DNA of 64,000 nucleotides from Mobula hypostoma (GCF_963921235.1 NC_086097.1:246886001-246950000), one strand, 5' to 3'. Shown: positions 39,502 to 51,802, numbered from the stretch's first letter. The notes: generated from the sequence alone by a model not told the origin. Program-made: numbers and translations.

Positions 39502-41563
39502 ATGCAGTTGAGAGTACCAATACTACAGCCACACACACACACACTGTCTATAGGCAGTAACATTAATGCTGTTGAACCACGGAAATCAACTCAAACTTTA
39601 TTCCCAATCTCATATTAATTTGGGCTTTTCTTTGGTGAGGATTTTATTTGCAGTTTCAAAAGATGTACAATAAATAAAATTGAACTACATGGTTTGGTCA
39701 AGTGACAATGTGAATGAGTAGGAATGTCCAGAGATTGAAAGATCCTACGGCGTTAACAGCAGTTCACAGAGCAGAACAACCAAAGAAAGCAATGCAACAC
39801 ATCTGACCAGAGGGTAGCAACCAAAGTTCAAAGTAAATTTTCTATCCAAGTACATGTAAGTCACCATATACAACCCCGAGATTCATCTTCTTGCGGACAT
39901 TCACAATAAATAAAAAGAAACACAAAAGAATCAATGAAAAACTGCAAACAAAGACAGACAATCAACCAATGTGCAAAATAAAAAAAGAATCAAAATAATA
40001 GAAAATAAATAAGCAGTAAGTATGGAGAACACAAGTTAAGAGTCCTTGAAAGTGAATTCATAAGTTGTGGGATCAGTTCAATGTTGGGGATGAGTCAAGT
40101 TGAGTAAAATTATCCCGTATCAAAAGTCTGATGGTTCATTGCATATTTGAACCAATTCAAATAAAGCAGTTTAATATGGAATAGAAATATAATTTCAAGG
40201 CATTCAAAAGTACTGATGCCAGGCAGACAATCTCTGAAGAGTATAGGTAATGGCTGGAGTCACCCGCCTAGTAAAGAAATGCCAAAAAGACAATGGCAAA
40301 CCACTTCTGTAGAAAAATTTGCCAAGAACAATCATGGTCAAAGACCACGATCGCCCAAGCCATAAGATGGAGCACATAATAATGATGATGAATATTCTGA
40401 ACCTCAAAGTAGTCAGTAATTCTCAAAACTTGTGAATCAGCAAGAGTAGTAGTATAGGCAAATAACTAAGTTCTACAAAGTTACATCAACCTATGGCTTA
40501 TTAGAATCACAGCTGTGGAAATGTCATTTGCCAATGGGACAACAACCACAATGAAGTGAATGCTTTAATTCAGATAGTAAATGGTAAAAATCAAGGTCTG
40601 AAGACAAGTCCAATTGTTATACACTAAGTTGATGGCAAATCTATTCATAACCCAGCAGGTTAATGAAACTGCTGTTGAATACAAATAAGGTGCCACAAGA
40701 ACATGACAACCTTTAAATCCTGAGGAAAAAATAATGGGAACAAAAGCACACCATTTGCATATTACCCTTCACACCCCTAAGCCTGTTCCATATCAGTAAT
40801 TTCTACGAACTTTCCAACTTTGATTTATTCTTTTGTCTCACTAGCTGAGAAAATCTATTATCTTTTGTCAATCTCTATTAACAATTAAGTATGAAGACAT
40901 GTATCTGATAGACGTGTCTTCATGTGAGTGAAGAAATTTCTCAGCTCAGGTGATATCTATTATTGGTACTTTGACTTCTGAACTCTCAGTCGAAAGAACA
41001 CCCTCCCATTGTCAAGTACCTTAAAAATTGTAAGCAATTCACAAAAACTCCCTTCTTGGCTAAATAGTTTATTCATTCATGGGAAATAAGAGTATGAATA
41101 ATGGAATGGAAGTCATTTGGGCTCTTGTGCAAAATCTGACATTCAACAAGATCACCTGGCATTTTTTTTAGGACCATAAATCCTTCCTTGGTCTAAGTAG
41201 AGGAAAACTATATATAAGGATATTCTGAACAATGCCCCACCTAATTATAGTAAAATGTTTTAATTCTGTACTCTTAAAAATCAACTTTCTCCAATTAGCC
41301 ACAATACTTGCTAGCTCTTAAAACTATGCCCCAGGTCTGCTTTAATAATGTATCACTGCTTCTCAGTGCTTAAACAATCCTTTTCTCCTTCCCCCACCAG
41401 GGGATTGGTCAATATTTGGTTCCATTTTCTCCTGAGATACTTCTATATTGAGAATAGATCTTTTAAACACTATTTTCACAAAGCTCTTAACACAGCTCTA
41501 TCACAGAGAGTTGGTGTTCATTATCCATCAAGTACAAAAACAAGTCACATTCAGTCTATTATT

Positions 41564-41930
41564 GGCAGGGTAGAGATATGTCTCTACCAAAGGAGGTGTA
41601 AGATGGTCCTTCCCTCTGCTAACCTGCAGGTCACCCTTGGGCAAGGAGTAGCACCTGCTTAGCCCACCTGATCAGTCAGTGTAGCCATGGGAGCAAGTGT
41701 TGGATGGTCGTATGAGCAGCTGGTGTCTATCATAAGTCCTGTTTATGCAACCACTGACACCAGGCAAACAATTTCTGAAGAGTATTGATACTCTCAGTGT
41801 CTTGTAAAGACACTGCCCAAAAGAAGCCAATGGCAAACTACTTCAGCAGAAAAAATTGCCAAGAACATAATCATGGTCATGGTTGCGCAATCATACGACA
41901 AAGCACATAATGATGATGATGATGATGATG
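41564..41930 (+). mobile_element. RTE-related non-autonomous element, longest copy
   Basis: Homologous to 28900-29250, (ATG)n tail. Confidence 0.65.
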
Positions 41931-42437
41931 AAGGGAATAAATCTTTTTAACACTATTTTCACTAAGCCCTTCATATGTCTCTATTGCAGAATTATTGTTT
42001 ATTACCCATTAAGTACAAAAACATAAATTTAGTTTATTATCAGAGAGAAATCTGAAACACAGACATCTTGTCAATAATATTAGAACCTTTTTCCATAATA
42101 AATGACTTCACCTCCATTCCTAAGAACACAGCATTGGAACTTTAAACATTTACTTGGTAGTGCTGCTGGAAGTAAAGTCCCTTGCCAAAGTTCACCCTCA
42201 TCTCCAAAGAAACGTTAATCCAAATCCAAGGGTTCTCCAACTCCCGATGGAAAAACATGAGACTGGGAGAACTTCCAGGAACTGCATTGACATTCAACCC
42301 TGGTCTTATTCATCAGAATCAAAATGTCTTAATTAGGGCAAACAACAGGAATTCTGCAGATGCTGGAAATTCAAGCAACACACATCAAAGTTGCTGGTGA
42401 ACGCAGCAGGCCAAGCAGCATCTATAGGAAGAGGTGC

Positions 42438-42473
42438 AGTCGACGTTTCAGGCCGAGACCCTTCGTCAGGACT
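42438..42473 (-). ncRNA. Minimal type I hammerhead ribozyme
   Basis: Identical 36-nt motif in the inverted arm. Confidence 0.8.
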
Positions 42474-43776
42474 AACTGAAGTAAGAGTGAGTAAGGGATT
42501 TGAAAGCTGGAGGGGGAGGGGGAGATGCAAAATGATAGGAGAAGTCAGGAGGGGGAGGGATAGAGCCGAGAGCTGGACAGGTGATAGGCAAAAGGGGATA
42601 CGAGAGGATCATGGGACAGGAGGTCCAGGAAGAAAGACAGGGGGGGGGTGACCCAGAGGATGGGCAAGAGGTATATTCAGAGGGACAGAGGGAGAAAAAG
42701 GAGAGTGAGAGAAAGAATGTGTGCATAAAAATGAGTAACAGATGGGGTACGAGGGGGAGGTGGGGCTTCCCTTCCTCCACTATCAACTCTGCTCTTAAAC
42801 GCATCTCCCCCATTTCATGTACATCTGCTCTCACTCCATCCTCCCACCACCCCACTAGGAATAGGGTTCCCCTGGTCCTCACCTACCACCCCACCAGCCT
42901 CCGGGTCCAACATATTATTCTCCGTAACTTCCGCCACCTCCAACGGGATCCCACCACTAAGCACATCTTCCCCTCCCCCCCTCTCTCTGCATTCCGCAGG
43001 GATCGCTCCCTACACAACTCCCTTGTCCATTCGTCCCCCCCATCCCTCCCCACTGATCTCCCTCCTGGCACTTATCCGTGTAAGCGGAACAAGTGCTACA
43101 AATGCCCTTACACTTCCTCTCTTACCACCATTCAGGGCCCCAAACAGTCCTTCCAGGTGAGGCATCACTTCACCTGTGAGTCGACTGGGGTGATATACTG
43201 CGTCCGGTGCTCCCGATGTGGCCTTTTATATATTGGTGAGACCCGACGCAGACTGGGAGACCGCTTTGCTGAACATCTACGCTCTGTCCGCCAGAGAAAG
43301 CAGGATCTCCCAGTGGCCACACATTTTAATTCCACATACCATTCCCATTCTGACATGTCTATCCACGGCCTCCTCTACTGTAAAGATGAAGCCACACTCA
43401 GGTTGGAGGAACAACACCTTATATTCCGTCTGGGTAGCCTCCAACCTGATGGCATGAACATTGACTTCTCTAACTTCCGCTAGGCCCCACCTCCCCCTCG
43501 TACCCCATCTGTTACTCATTTTTATGCACACATTCTTTCTCTCACTCTCCTTTTTCTCCCTCTGTCCCTCTGAATATACCTCTTGCCCATCCTCTGGGTC
43601 ACCCCCCCCCCGTCTTTCTTCCCAGACCTCCTGTCCCATGATCCTCTCGTATCCCCTTTTGCCTATCACCTGTCCAGCTCTCGGCTCTATCCCTCCCCCT
43701 CCTGTCTTCTCCTATCATTTTGCATCTCCCCCTCCCCCTCCAGCTTTCAAATCCTTTACTCACTCTTCCTTCAGTT

Positions 43777-43812
43777 AGTCCTGACGAAGGGTCTCGGCCT
43801 GAAACGTCGACT
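43777..43812 (+). ncRNA. Minimal type I hammerhead ribozyme
   Basis: agtcCTGACGAagggtctcggcctGAAAcgtcgact read directly on the + strand. Confidence 0.8.
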
Positions 43813-45579
43813 GCGCCTCTTCCTATAGATGCTGCTTGGCCTGCTGCGTTCACCAGCAACTTTGATGTGTGTTGCTTGTCTTAATTAGGGAGCATGTTTG
43901 TCTTTTAATTTAATATGACCTTTAAATTTTGTTAGTCAGTCAGACCACTTAATTACAATGGAATAAAAACCAAGAAACATTATGCTTTCATGTCGAGCAG
44001 TTACTTAAAATGACAAGGTAATTTATAATATTTTTGCAAATGATGTATGTCTCTTCACTTTACTTGATTTTTTTTTTAATCCAAGTATAACAAAGTTAAC
44101 CTAGTATGAAAATACAAAACTTTTAGGAGATCACATGAATTCGTTACTCATCCAACAGAAGTATGCTCAGACTGTGTGCAGCATTTTCTGATGTCACCAT
44201 CAGGGATTCCATGATTAGAAATGGTATTCCTCAAGAAATATTCTGTCCTAACTTGCAAGGAATTGGATCCAAATTCTGCCTCAACACCAACTTTCCTTTG
44301 ACCTAACTTTGGCACCAACACCTGGTATTTTCTGCTGGCAGAGCAGAAGACCTGACACTCTTAGAGAAAAACTACAAGCAGCCATCTCCTGGCTAAGGTG
44401 ACAACAGTCAACAATAAACATAAGCACACAGAATACCAACCGATGTTCTTATCTAACATGTACATAGTCCAGAGGTCTGGTGGAACTGCTATCACTAACA
44501 CAGATCATTCCAAACACTGGCAGAAATCAGGGATCAATTTTGTAGCCTCTTACCTTGTGTGCTACGTGACATACCAAATGTTATATTTGTTCTTTAAGCC
44601 TCCAGGGGAAATTTAATGAGCCATTTAGAGATAATTAATTACATCTCAACTTGGTTGAAATCAAAAATACCCAGTTTCACATCACCTAAATGAAAAAGCC
44701 AATTGAGAGAAAAGATTTGTTATTGGTAACTCCTTATACTCAAAGCCCAAGTAAATTACATTATCAAAACATCCAAAGAAAAGTTGAATTTCAGGACAAA
44801 CAGTTGGGAAAATAAGACATCAAAACATGGTGTTTAAGATATTAACCATTTTCCTCCACTCCCGGGTCTTGGCCAAATACTGACAGAAGGAATGCAAACA
44901 AAATGCTCTTCTGCAAAAATGTACGGCATTCTTAATCTCACTATATTAAAAGCCATTCCAGCAAAACCCTGCTCTTAAAATGAATATAAATTTGCTCTTT
45001 AAGAAATTCAAACCATAAGAGCATTTTCCCCAGAAGTAAATCAAAACCGTAATAAGAACATTTTCTCCAGAAAGCTGTCCAACATATCCAAAGTGGGAAG
45101 ACAGCCAAGTTTGTAAAATCAATCAAATTTTGTTTCAATGCCCAACAGCCTCGTCTTTGCATGACTCAAGAACTTTAAACAAGATTATCAAAATAGAATA
45201 GTATTAGAACAACATAATAACTCTTAATAAATTAACTGATCTATTTAACAATGATTATCCCGGAACAAACCTTCTATAGACAAAGATAATCAAAACTTCA
45301 CCAAAGCAATGTTATTAGAAGCGGTAAATACTCCTTCCCTTATTTAAATCCAGTTCATACTACGATGTGGAACTAAAATTTCAAGCACAAGACTTTTCTC
45401 ACCAAATTAATGTCAAGTTTTACAGTAAAGTTCCTGAAGTGTTCTCTAGCAATGACTATTGCTTTAAAACAAAACCAGATTCATTACCAAAGTTCAGCTC
45501 AAAGACAAATGACAATAATGCAACAAGGTTAATTAAAGCCTCCAACTCTTATTTTAGTATTAGATAAAAATCCCATTGA

Positions 45580-46052
45580 AGGTGCATTTGAGCACATCTA
45601 CACGAATCATTGTCACAGGAAAGCAGCATCCATCATCAGGACCCCCACCACCCAGGACATGGTTCTTCGCACTGTTACCATCAGGAAGGAGGTACAGGAG
45701 CCTCAGGGCTCACACTACCAGGTTCAGGGATAGTTATTACCCCTTAACCAGCAGGCTCCTGAACCAGAGGGGATAACTTCATTCAACTTCACTTGCTCTA
45801 TCACTGAGCTGTTCCCACAAACTCTGGACTCACTTTCAATATCTCATGTCATGATGTTTATTGTTCATTTATTTACTAATATTATTTCTCTTTTTGTATT
45901 TAGTTGTTGTCTCTTACACACTGGTTGTATGTCCAGTTGGTGCTGTCTTTTATTAATCCTATTATGGCTATTGGATGCCCACAAGAAAATGAATCTCAGG
46001 GTTGTTTATGACATTTATGTACTTTGATAATAAATTTGCTTTGAACTTTGAA
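45580..46052 (+). mobile_element. Rex1/Babar-like LINE 3' end
   Basis: FALLPSGRRYRSLRAHTTRFRDSYYP, tail aataaatttgctttgaactttga. Confidence 0.7.
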
Positions 46053-46119
46053 ATAGATTTTCAGTACATTAGGATATGGTCTACTTAGAAATGAATGTAA
46101 AGAAATGGCAGAAAAAGTT

Positions 46120-47062
46120 TAAACTGGACTAGTGCGAGGTGTTGCACTTTGGGAGGTCATAAGCAAGGGGAAAGTATACAGTAAATGACAAGAGCATTGT
46201 TGATCAGAGGGATCTTTGGTTGCAAGTCTGTAGCTTCCCGAAAGAGGCAACACAAGTTGATAGGGACTATGGCGTACTTACCTTTACCTGCCAGGATGTT
46301 GAATACACAAGTCAAAAAGCCATCTTGGAAGATGTATAACAACTTTGGTTAGGCCATATCTGGAGAAATGCATTTGGCTCTGGTCACTGCATTACAGGAA
46401 GGGTGTGAAGACTTTGGAATAGGTACAGATGAGAGTCACAAGGATGTTGCCCAGCTTACAGAGGATTAGCTACAAGGAGAGGCTGGACAAATGTGATTGT
46501 TTCACAAAATACTCTGCAGATGCTGGGGTCAAAGCAACACTCACAACACACTGGAGGAACTCAGCAGGTCGGGCAGCAACAGTGGAAAAGACTGGTTGAT
46601 GTCTCGGGCCAGAATCCTTCCGGCCCGAAACGTCAACCAGTCTTTTCCACAGATGCTGCCCGACCTGCTGAGTTCCTCCAGCGTGTTGTAAGTGTTAAAT
46701 GTGGTTGTTTACTCTGAACCATCAGAGGCAGAGGGGTGACCTAACACAAGCATAAAATTTGAGACAAAGACAGGTGTCTTATTCCCCAGGGAAGAAATGT
46801 CAAATACTAGAGAGCAAAGCTATAAGGTAAGAGTGGGGAGAGTTGAGACTTGAGGCAATTTTTTATTCTTAGAGGGATAGGTGCCTAGAATGCACTGCCA
46901 GGAGAGATGGTAGAAGTAGATCCAATAATAACATTTAGAGGCATTTGAACAGGGATATCAACAAAAGAGATGAGACAGAGGGATATGGACCTTGCACAGG
47001 CAGATTGGCAAACTGAAGAGCCTATTCCTGTGCTTGTGTTGTTACTCCTGTGCTGTACAGTT
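46120..47062 (+). mobile_element. CR1 3' fragment with nested palindromic mini-PLE
   Basis: Degenerate CEVLHFGR, TLVRPYLE and 3' UTR. Confidence 0.7.
46503..46696. mobile_element. Palindromic mini-PLE
   Basis: 75-bp inverted arms (46536-46610 / 46622-46696), 14-bp TSD AAATGTG(A/G)TTGTTT. Confidence 0.85.
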
Positions 47063-47229
47063 CTGAAGGTTGATGTATTGACATAACATACATCGCATGA
47101 TGTAACACCTTTCTAGCATTTCATTATTCATTGGCAATGAGTTGAAGTGACATTATTAATCAAGAACACAGGCTTCAGAATGCCACATTATGTGATAACC
47201 AACTACACTTCATTGTCCAAAGGGTGCAG

Positions 47230-48815
47230 GGATATCCTGCAGTCATGGGACATTACGCTATATGGTAGGACAGTTGAGAAACAGCGGAAGACTTTCAAAG
47301 AGATTTTTCACAGTGCTCAATAAAAGTATATTCCAGTTAAAAGCAAGGACAGTAAGAGCAGGCCCTGGATAATGAAGGAAATAAAGGAAGACATCAAACA
47401 AAAAGCTTGTACGTAGAAAGTTGCCAAGAGTAGTGGGAAACTGGAAAACTGGGAAAACTTTAAAAAGCAACCACTAAACGAGCAATAAAGAAAGGGAACA
47501 TAGATCATGAAAATAAACTAGCACAAAATATAAAAATGGAGAGTAGGAGTTTTTATAATTATATAAAGCAGACAAGGGACCCTTACAGTATGAGAAGGGG
47601 GAATTGGTACTGGGTAATGAGGAAACAGCTGAGCTTTTGAATGACCATTTTGTGTTGGTTTTCACAGTGGAGGACACGTCTAACATGTCTGAAAGAGATG
47701 ATACACAGGCAATGGGGGGGGAGCGAGAACCTCAAAACAATAGCCATCACTAAACAGTAAGTCCTGAGCAAATCTGTGGACCTAAAATTAGACAAGTCGC
47801 CAGGTCCTGATGGAATACATCCCAGGGTACTGAAAGAAATGGCAGAGGTTATAGTTGAGGCTTTGGTGATAATTTACCAAAATTCTCCGGACTCTGGGAA
47901 GGCAGCAAATGTCACGCACTGTTCAAAAAAGGATGTAGGTAAAAGGCAGGCAACTACAGGCCAGTTAGTTTAACATCTGTAGATGGAAAAATGCTTGAAG
48001 CTATGGTTTCTTTACCTGAAAGACATTAGTAAACCAGTTGAGTTAATGGAAATCAAGTGGTTTCATGGTTATTGTTCTGAAGACCATATTTTCCTTCCAA
48101 TTCAATTTATTTTTGATAAAAAAGCAATTATGGTGGGATTTGACTTTGTGTCTCTGGATCTGGTCCAGAACTCTGGCTGCATCATAATGGTTATATAATT
48201 GTACTGTGCAGCAACTTAAAAAAGAAGGAAAGTAAATGGTTTCATCAGGCAGACGCAACATGGGTTCAGCAAAGGCTTGACAAACTTACTGGAGTTTCTT
48301 GCGGATATAACAAGTGCAGTGGATAGAGGGGAACGGATGGACATTACTTACTTGGATTTCCAGAAGGCGTTCAATAAGGTGCCACATAAAAGACTTCAGG
48401 AGGAATAAAAGGAATTCACAAGTACGAGAGGAGATCTTAGAAACATCTAAAATTATGAAAGGGATGGGTAAGATAGAGGCAGGAAAGTTGTTTCCACTGG
48501 CAGGTGAGACTAGATCTAGGGGACATAGCCTCAAAATTTGGGGGAGTCAATTTAGGACGGAGATGAGGAGGAACTGCTTTTCCCAAAGTGTGGTGAATCT
48601 ATGGAATTCTCTGTCCAATGAAGCAGTGGAGGCTACCTCAGTAAGTATATTTAAGACGATATAGATTTTTGCATAGTAGAGGAATTAAGGGTTATGGAGG
48701 AAAAGGCAGGTAGGTGAAGACGACTCCATGGCCAGATCACCCATGATCTTATTGAATGGCAGAGTAGGCTCGATGGGCCAGATGGCCAACTCCAGCTATT
48801 TCTTATGTTCTTATG
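47230..48815 (+). mobile_element. CR1 LINE with internal deletions
   Basis: KSPGPDGIHPRVLKE, tail tcttatgttcttatg. Confidence 0.75.
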
Positions 48816-48829
48816 AATCATTTAACAGT

Positions 48830-49465
48830 AGAGCACAGAAACAAGCCATTCGACCCACAATGCTATGCAGAACCAGCTAAAAGGCAAATCAAACACACCC
48901 AAACATTAATCCCTCTTATCTACACAATGCCCATATTCACTCCATCTTCCTTACATCCACGTACCTATCCAACCATCTCTTAAAAGTCTCTAATGTATTT
49001 ACCACCATATCAGGCAGCGCATTCCCAGCATCCACCACTCTGAGTAAAAAAAAACTTACCCCTCACATCCCCTCTGAACTTACCCCCTCTCAATTTCAAT
49101 GCATGCTCTCTGGTATTAGACATTTCTACCCTGGGAAACATACTCTGTCCACTATCTCTGCCTCTCATAATTTTATAAATCTCCAGCAGCTCTCCACTCA
49201 GCCTCCGCACTCCAGAGAAAGCAACACGTTTATCCAGCCTCGCGTGATTGCACATGTCCTCTAAACCAGGCAACAACCTGGCAAGCATCTTCTGCACCCT
49301 CTCCAAAGTCTCAACATCCTTCTTATAGTGGGGCAACCAGAACGGTGTGCAATACTCCAGATGTGGCCCAACCAGAGTTTTAAATTTGCAACATAACCTC
49401 TAAGCAAGCATTTCACAAGCCTTCTTAAACAACTCATTGAGCTGTGCAGCGACTTTCAAGGAGCT
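48830..49465 (-). mobile_element. CR1 3' fragment
   Basis: PHYKKDVETLERVQK...GKFFFTQ. Confidence 0.75.
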
Positions 49466-49904
49466 ATAATCCAAAGTGTTCTTTATAATCCATATTAACA
49501 ACTGAACAATGCCATTATATCAGTGGGATAGAGAAATTAAGAGAGGTAGATATCTTGCTGTTTTTAAATATTTTGCTTAACAAGTTAGGATGTCAAACAA
49601 ATGTTTCAGAAGTATCCAGGAAAGGAACCATTCCCGTCAATACCATTGGTCATCATGCATCCGAATGGATTTGTGCAAGCTCCTATCAAAGCAATTACAT
49701 CAGCTTATTCTCACTCACACTCTTTTTGCCACTTTACAACAGTCACAGCTCTACCGTGCTCAGCTAGCCTCCTAGCACATTACTGATACATACGAATGAC
49801 CAATTTCATTAAAATCAATTTCACAACTTGAAATTATTCCATTATCACAACCTCCAAAGTTGTGTACAAGTAACCCCCATATCACTATGGGGGATGGGGG
49901 GGAG

Positions 49905-50295
49905 GGCAGGGATCTCACTGAAACCTGCTGAATCTTGAAAGGCTAAGAGAGTGGACATGGAGAGGTTGCTTCCAATAGCGGGGGAGTCTAGGACCAGAGG
50001 GCACACTCTCGGGAACAGAAGGGCATCCCTCCAGAACAGAGGTGAGGATGAATTTCTTTAGCCAGATGGGACTGAATCTGTGCAATTCATTGCTGCAGAT
50101 GACTATGGAGGCCGAGTAATTGGGTATACTTGAAGCGGAGGTTGATAGCTCCAAATTAGTAAGGATATCAAAGGTTACGTAGAAAGGCAGCGGGAGATTA
50201 GGGTTGAGAGGGGAAATATATCAGTCATGACGAAATGGTGGAGCAGGCTCCATGGGCCAAATGGCCTAATTCTGCTCCTATGTCTCATGACCTTA
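49905..50295 (+). mobile_element. CR1 3' fragment
   Basis: CR1 C-terminal coding remnant and 3' UTR. Confidence 0.65.
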
Positions 50296-50687
50296 TTGCC
50301 TGATTACGAAAGGTTCTGTATCACAATTTTCCAAAAATAAAAGCGCCACATCTGTGGATGTATAACATATACTCCGTGAGAGCACATTTTATTCTGCATC
50401 TCAAATTTTCAGGTAGTGATGTGAATTTGGTGAGGGAATATTTCCATTACCCAAATGGCTGCCATGCAGGGGATCACCTCTACTGCAGGCTCTACTGCAC
50501 AGCTATGGCTCCAGCATGCATCGAATGCAACAGAGATGGAGAAAATAACACACTGTGCGCAATCTTTTTCTTACTGCTACATTGGCCAAGAGGTGTGGAG
50601 CAGATGAAATCACGGTATGTGGGAGGCAGTCGATACCAGTTAGCTTTTACCCATTTTGAAATATTTCATGTCAAGATGCCAGTCACC

Positions 50688-50869
50688 AACAAGAGAAAAT
50701 CCGCAGATGCTGGAAATCCAAGCAACACACACAAAGTGCTGGAGGAACTCAGCAGGCCAGGCAGCATCTGTAGCAAAGAGTGCAGTCCAGGTTTCGGGCC
50801 GAAACGTTGACTGATTCCCCTCCACAGATGCTGCCTGGCCTGCTGAGTTCCTCCAGCATTTTGTGTGTG
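50688..50869. mobile_element. Palindromic mini-PLE
   Basis: Inverted arms spanning 50726-50869, centred on gtttcgg-g-ccgaaac. Confidence 0.8.
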
Positions 50870-51261
50870 ATATCAGGATGCCACCTGGATCTGAAAGCAC
50901 GTTTTTATGAGGACAGGTTGAGCAAGCAAGAGCTTTTCTCAATGGAATGGAGGAGGAAGAGAGGTGACTTAAGAGGTGTATAAGACAATAAGAGGCATAG
51001 ATAGTGGACAGCCTGCAAATTAATCCCAGAACAGAAATGGCTAAAACTAAGGGGCATAATTTAGAGAAAATATGGGTTGGGGGTGGGGGAATCAGTAGTT
51101 CTTTTTATTTACGTAGAATGGTGTGCTTGTAGAACAAGCTGCTAGGGATGATGATAGAGGCAAATACATTAGAAACATTTAAGAGGTTCTTAAATAGGTA
51201 TATAGATAAAAGAAAAATGGAGCGCTATGTGGAGGGAAGGGTAAGAAAGGTACCGGAAAAG

Positions 51262-51500
51262 AGCGGCACCATAGCATAGCGGTTAGCACAGCATTTTACA
51301 GTACAGGCAACCTGGGTTCAATTCCCACCACTGCCTAAAGGAGTTTGTATGTTCTCCCCATGATGACCTGGGTTTGCTCCGGGTGCTCCAGCTTCCTCCA
51401 CAGTCTAAAGACATATCGGTTGGTAGACTAGAGTTAAATTGGGGTATCACTTGCTTGAAGTGCTGGGAGGGTCTGTTCCGTGTTGTAGCTCAATAAATAA
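51262..51500 (+). mobile_element. tRNA-derived V-SINE-like element
   Basis: A box TAGCATAGCGG, B box GGTTCAATTCC, ggagtttgtatgttctcccc and ccgggtgctccagcttcctcc. Confidence 0.7.
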
Positions 51501-51504
51501 AAAT

Positions 51505-51802
51505 GGGGCTGGGGTGGGGTGGGAGGAAATCAGAATAAAGGGGATGGGTACAAGCTGGCAGGTGATAGGTGATCATCTCCCAATTTCTTACTTATCCCCC
51601 ACCTCTCACCTGCTCCTGACTTGGTTTCGCCTATCACCTGGCTGGCTTGTACTCCTTCACCTACCCTTCCCACCTTCTTATTCTGGTTTCTGCCCTCTCC
51701 CTTTCCAATCCCGATGAAGGGTTTTGGCCCGAAACATCGACCGTTTATTCCGCCCCATAGATGCTGCCTGACTTGCTAAATTTCTCCAGTGTTTTGTGTG
51801 TA
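51505..51802 (+). mobile_element. Old PLE 3' end with short inverted arm, degenerate hammerhead 51707-51742
   Basis: gtacaagctggcaggtgatagg / cctatcacctggctggcttgtac, and CCGATGA...GAAAcatc. Confidence 0.6.

Larger units (their letters stand above)
42339..43876 (+). mobile_element. Young PLE with inverted terminal arms
   Basis: Perfect 14-bp TSD TGTCTTAATTAGGG (42325-42338 / 43877-43890), 394-bp inverted arms, intact GIY-YIG coding region. Confidence 0.95.

Noticed and set aside
38928..39618. 211-aa and 128-aa ORFs over the RTE-like element
   Set aside because: No motifs, they cross the TSD boundary, and the sequence is better explained as structured RNA.
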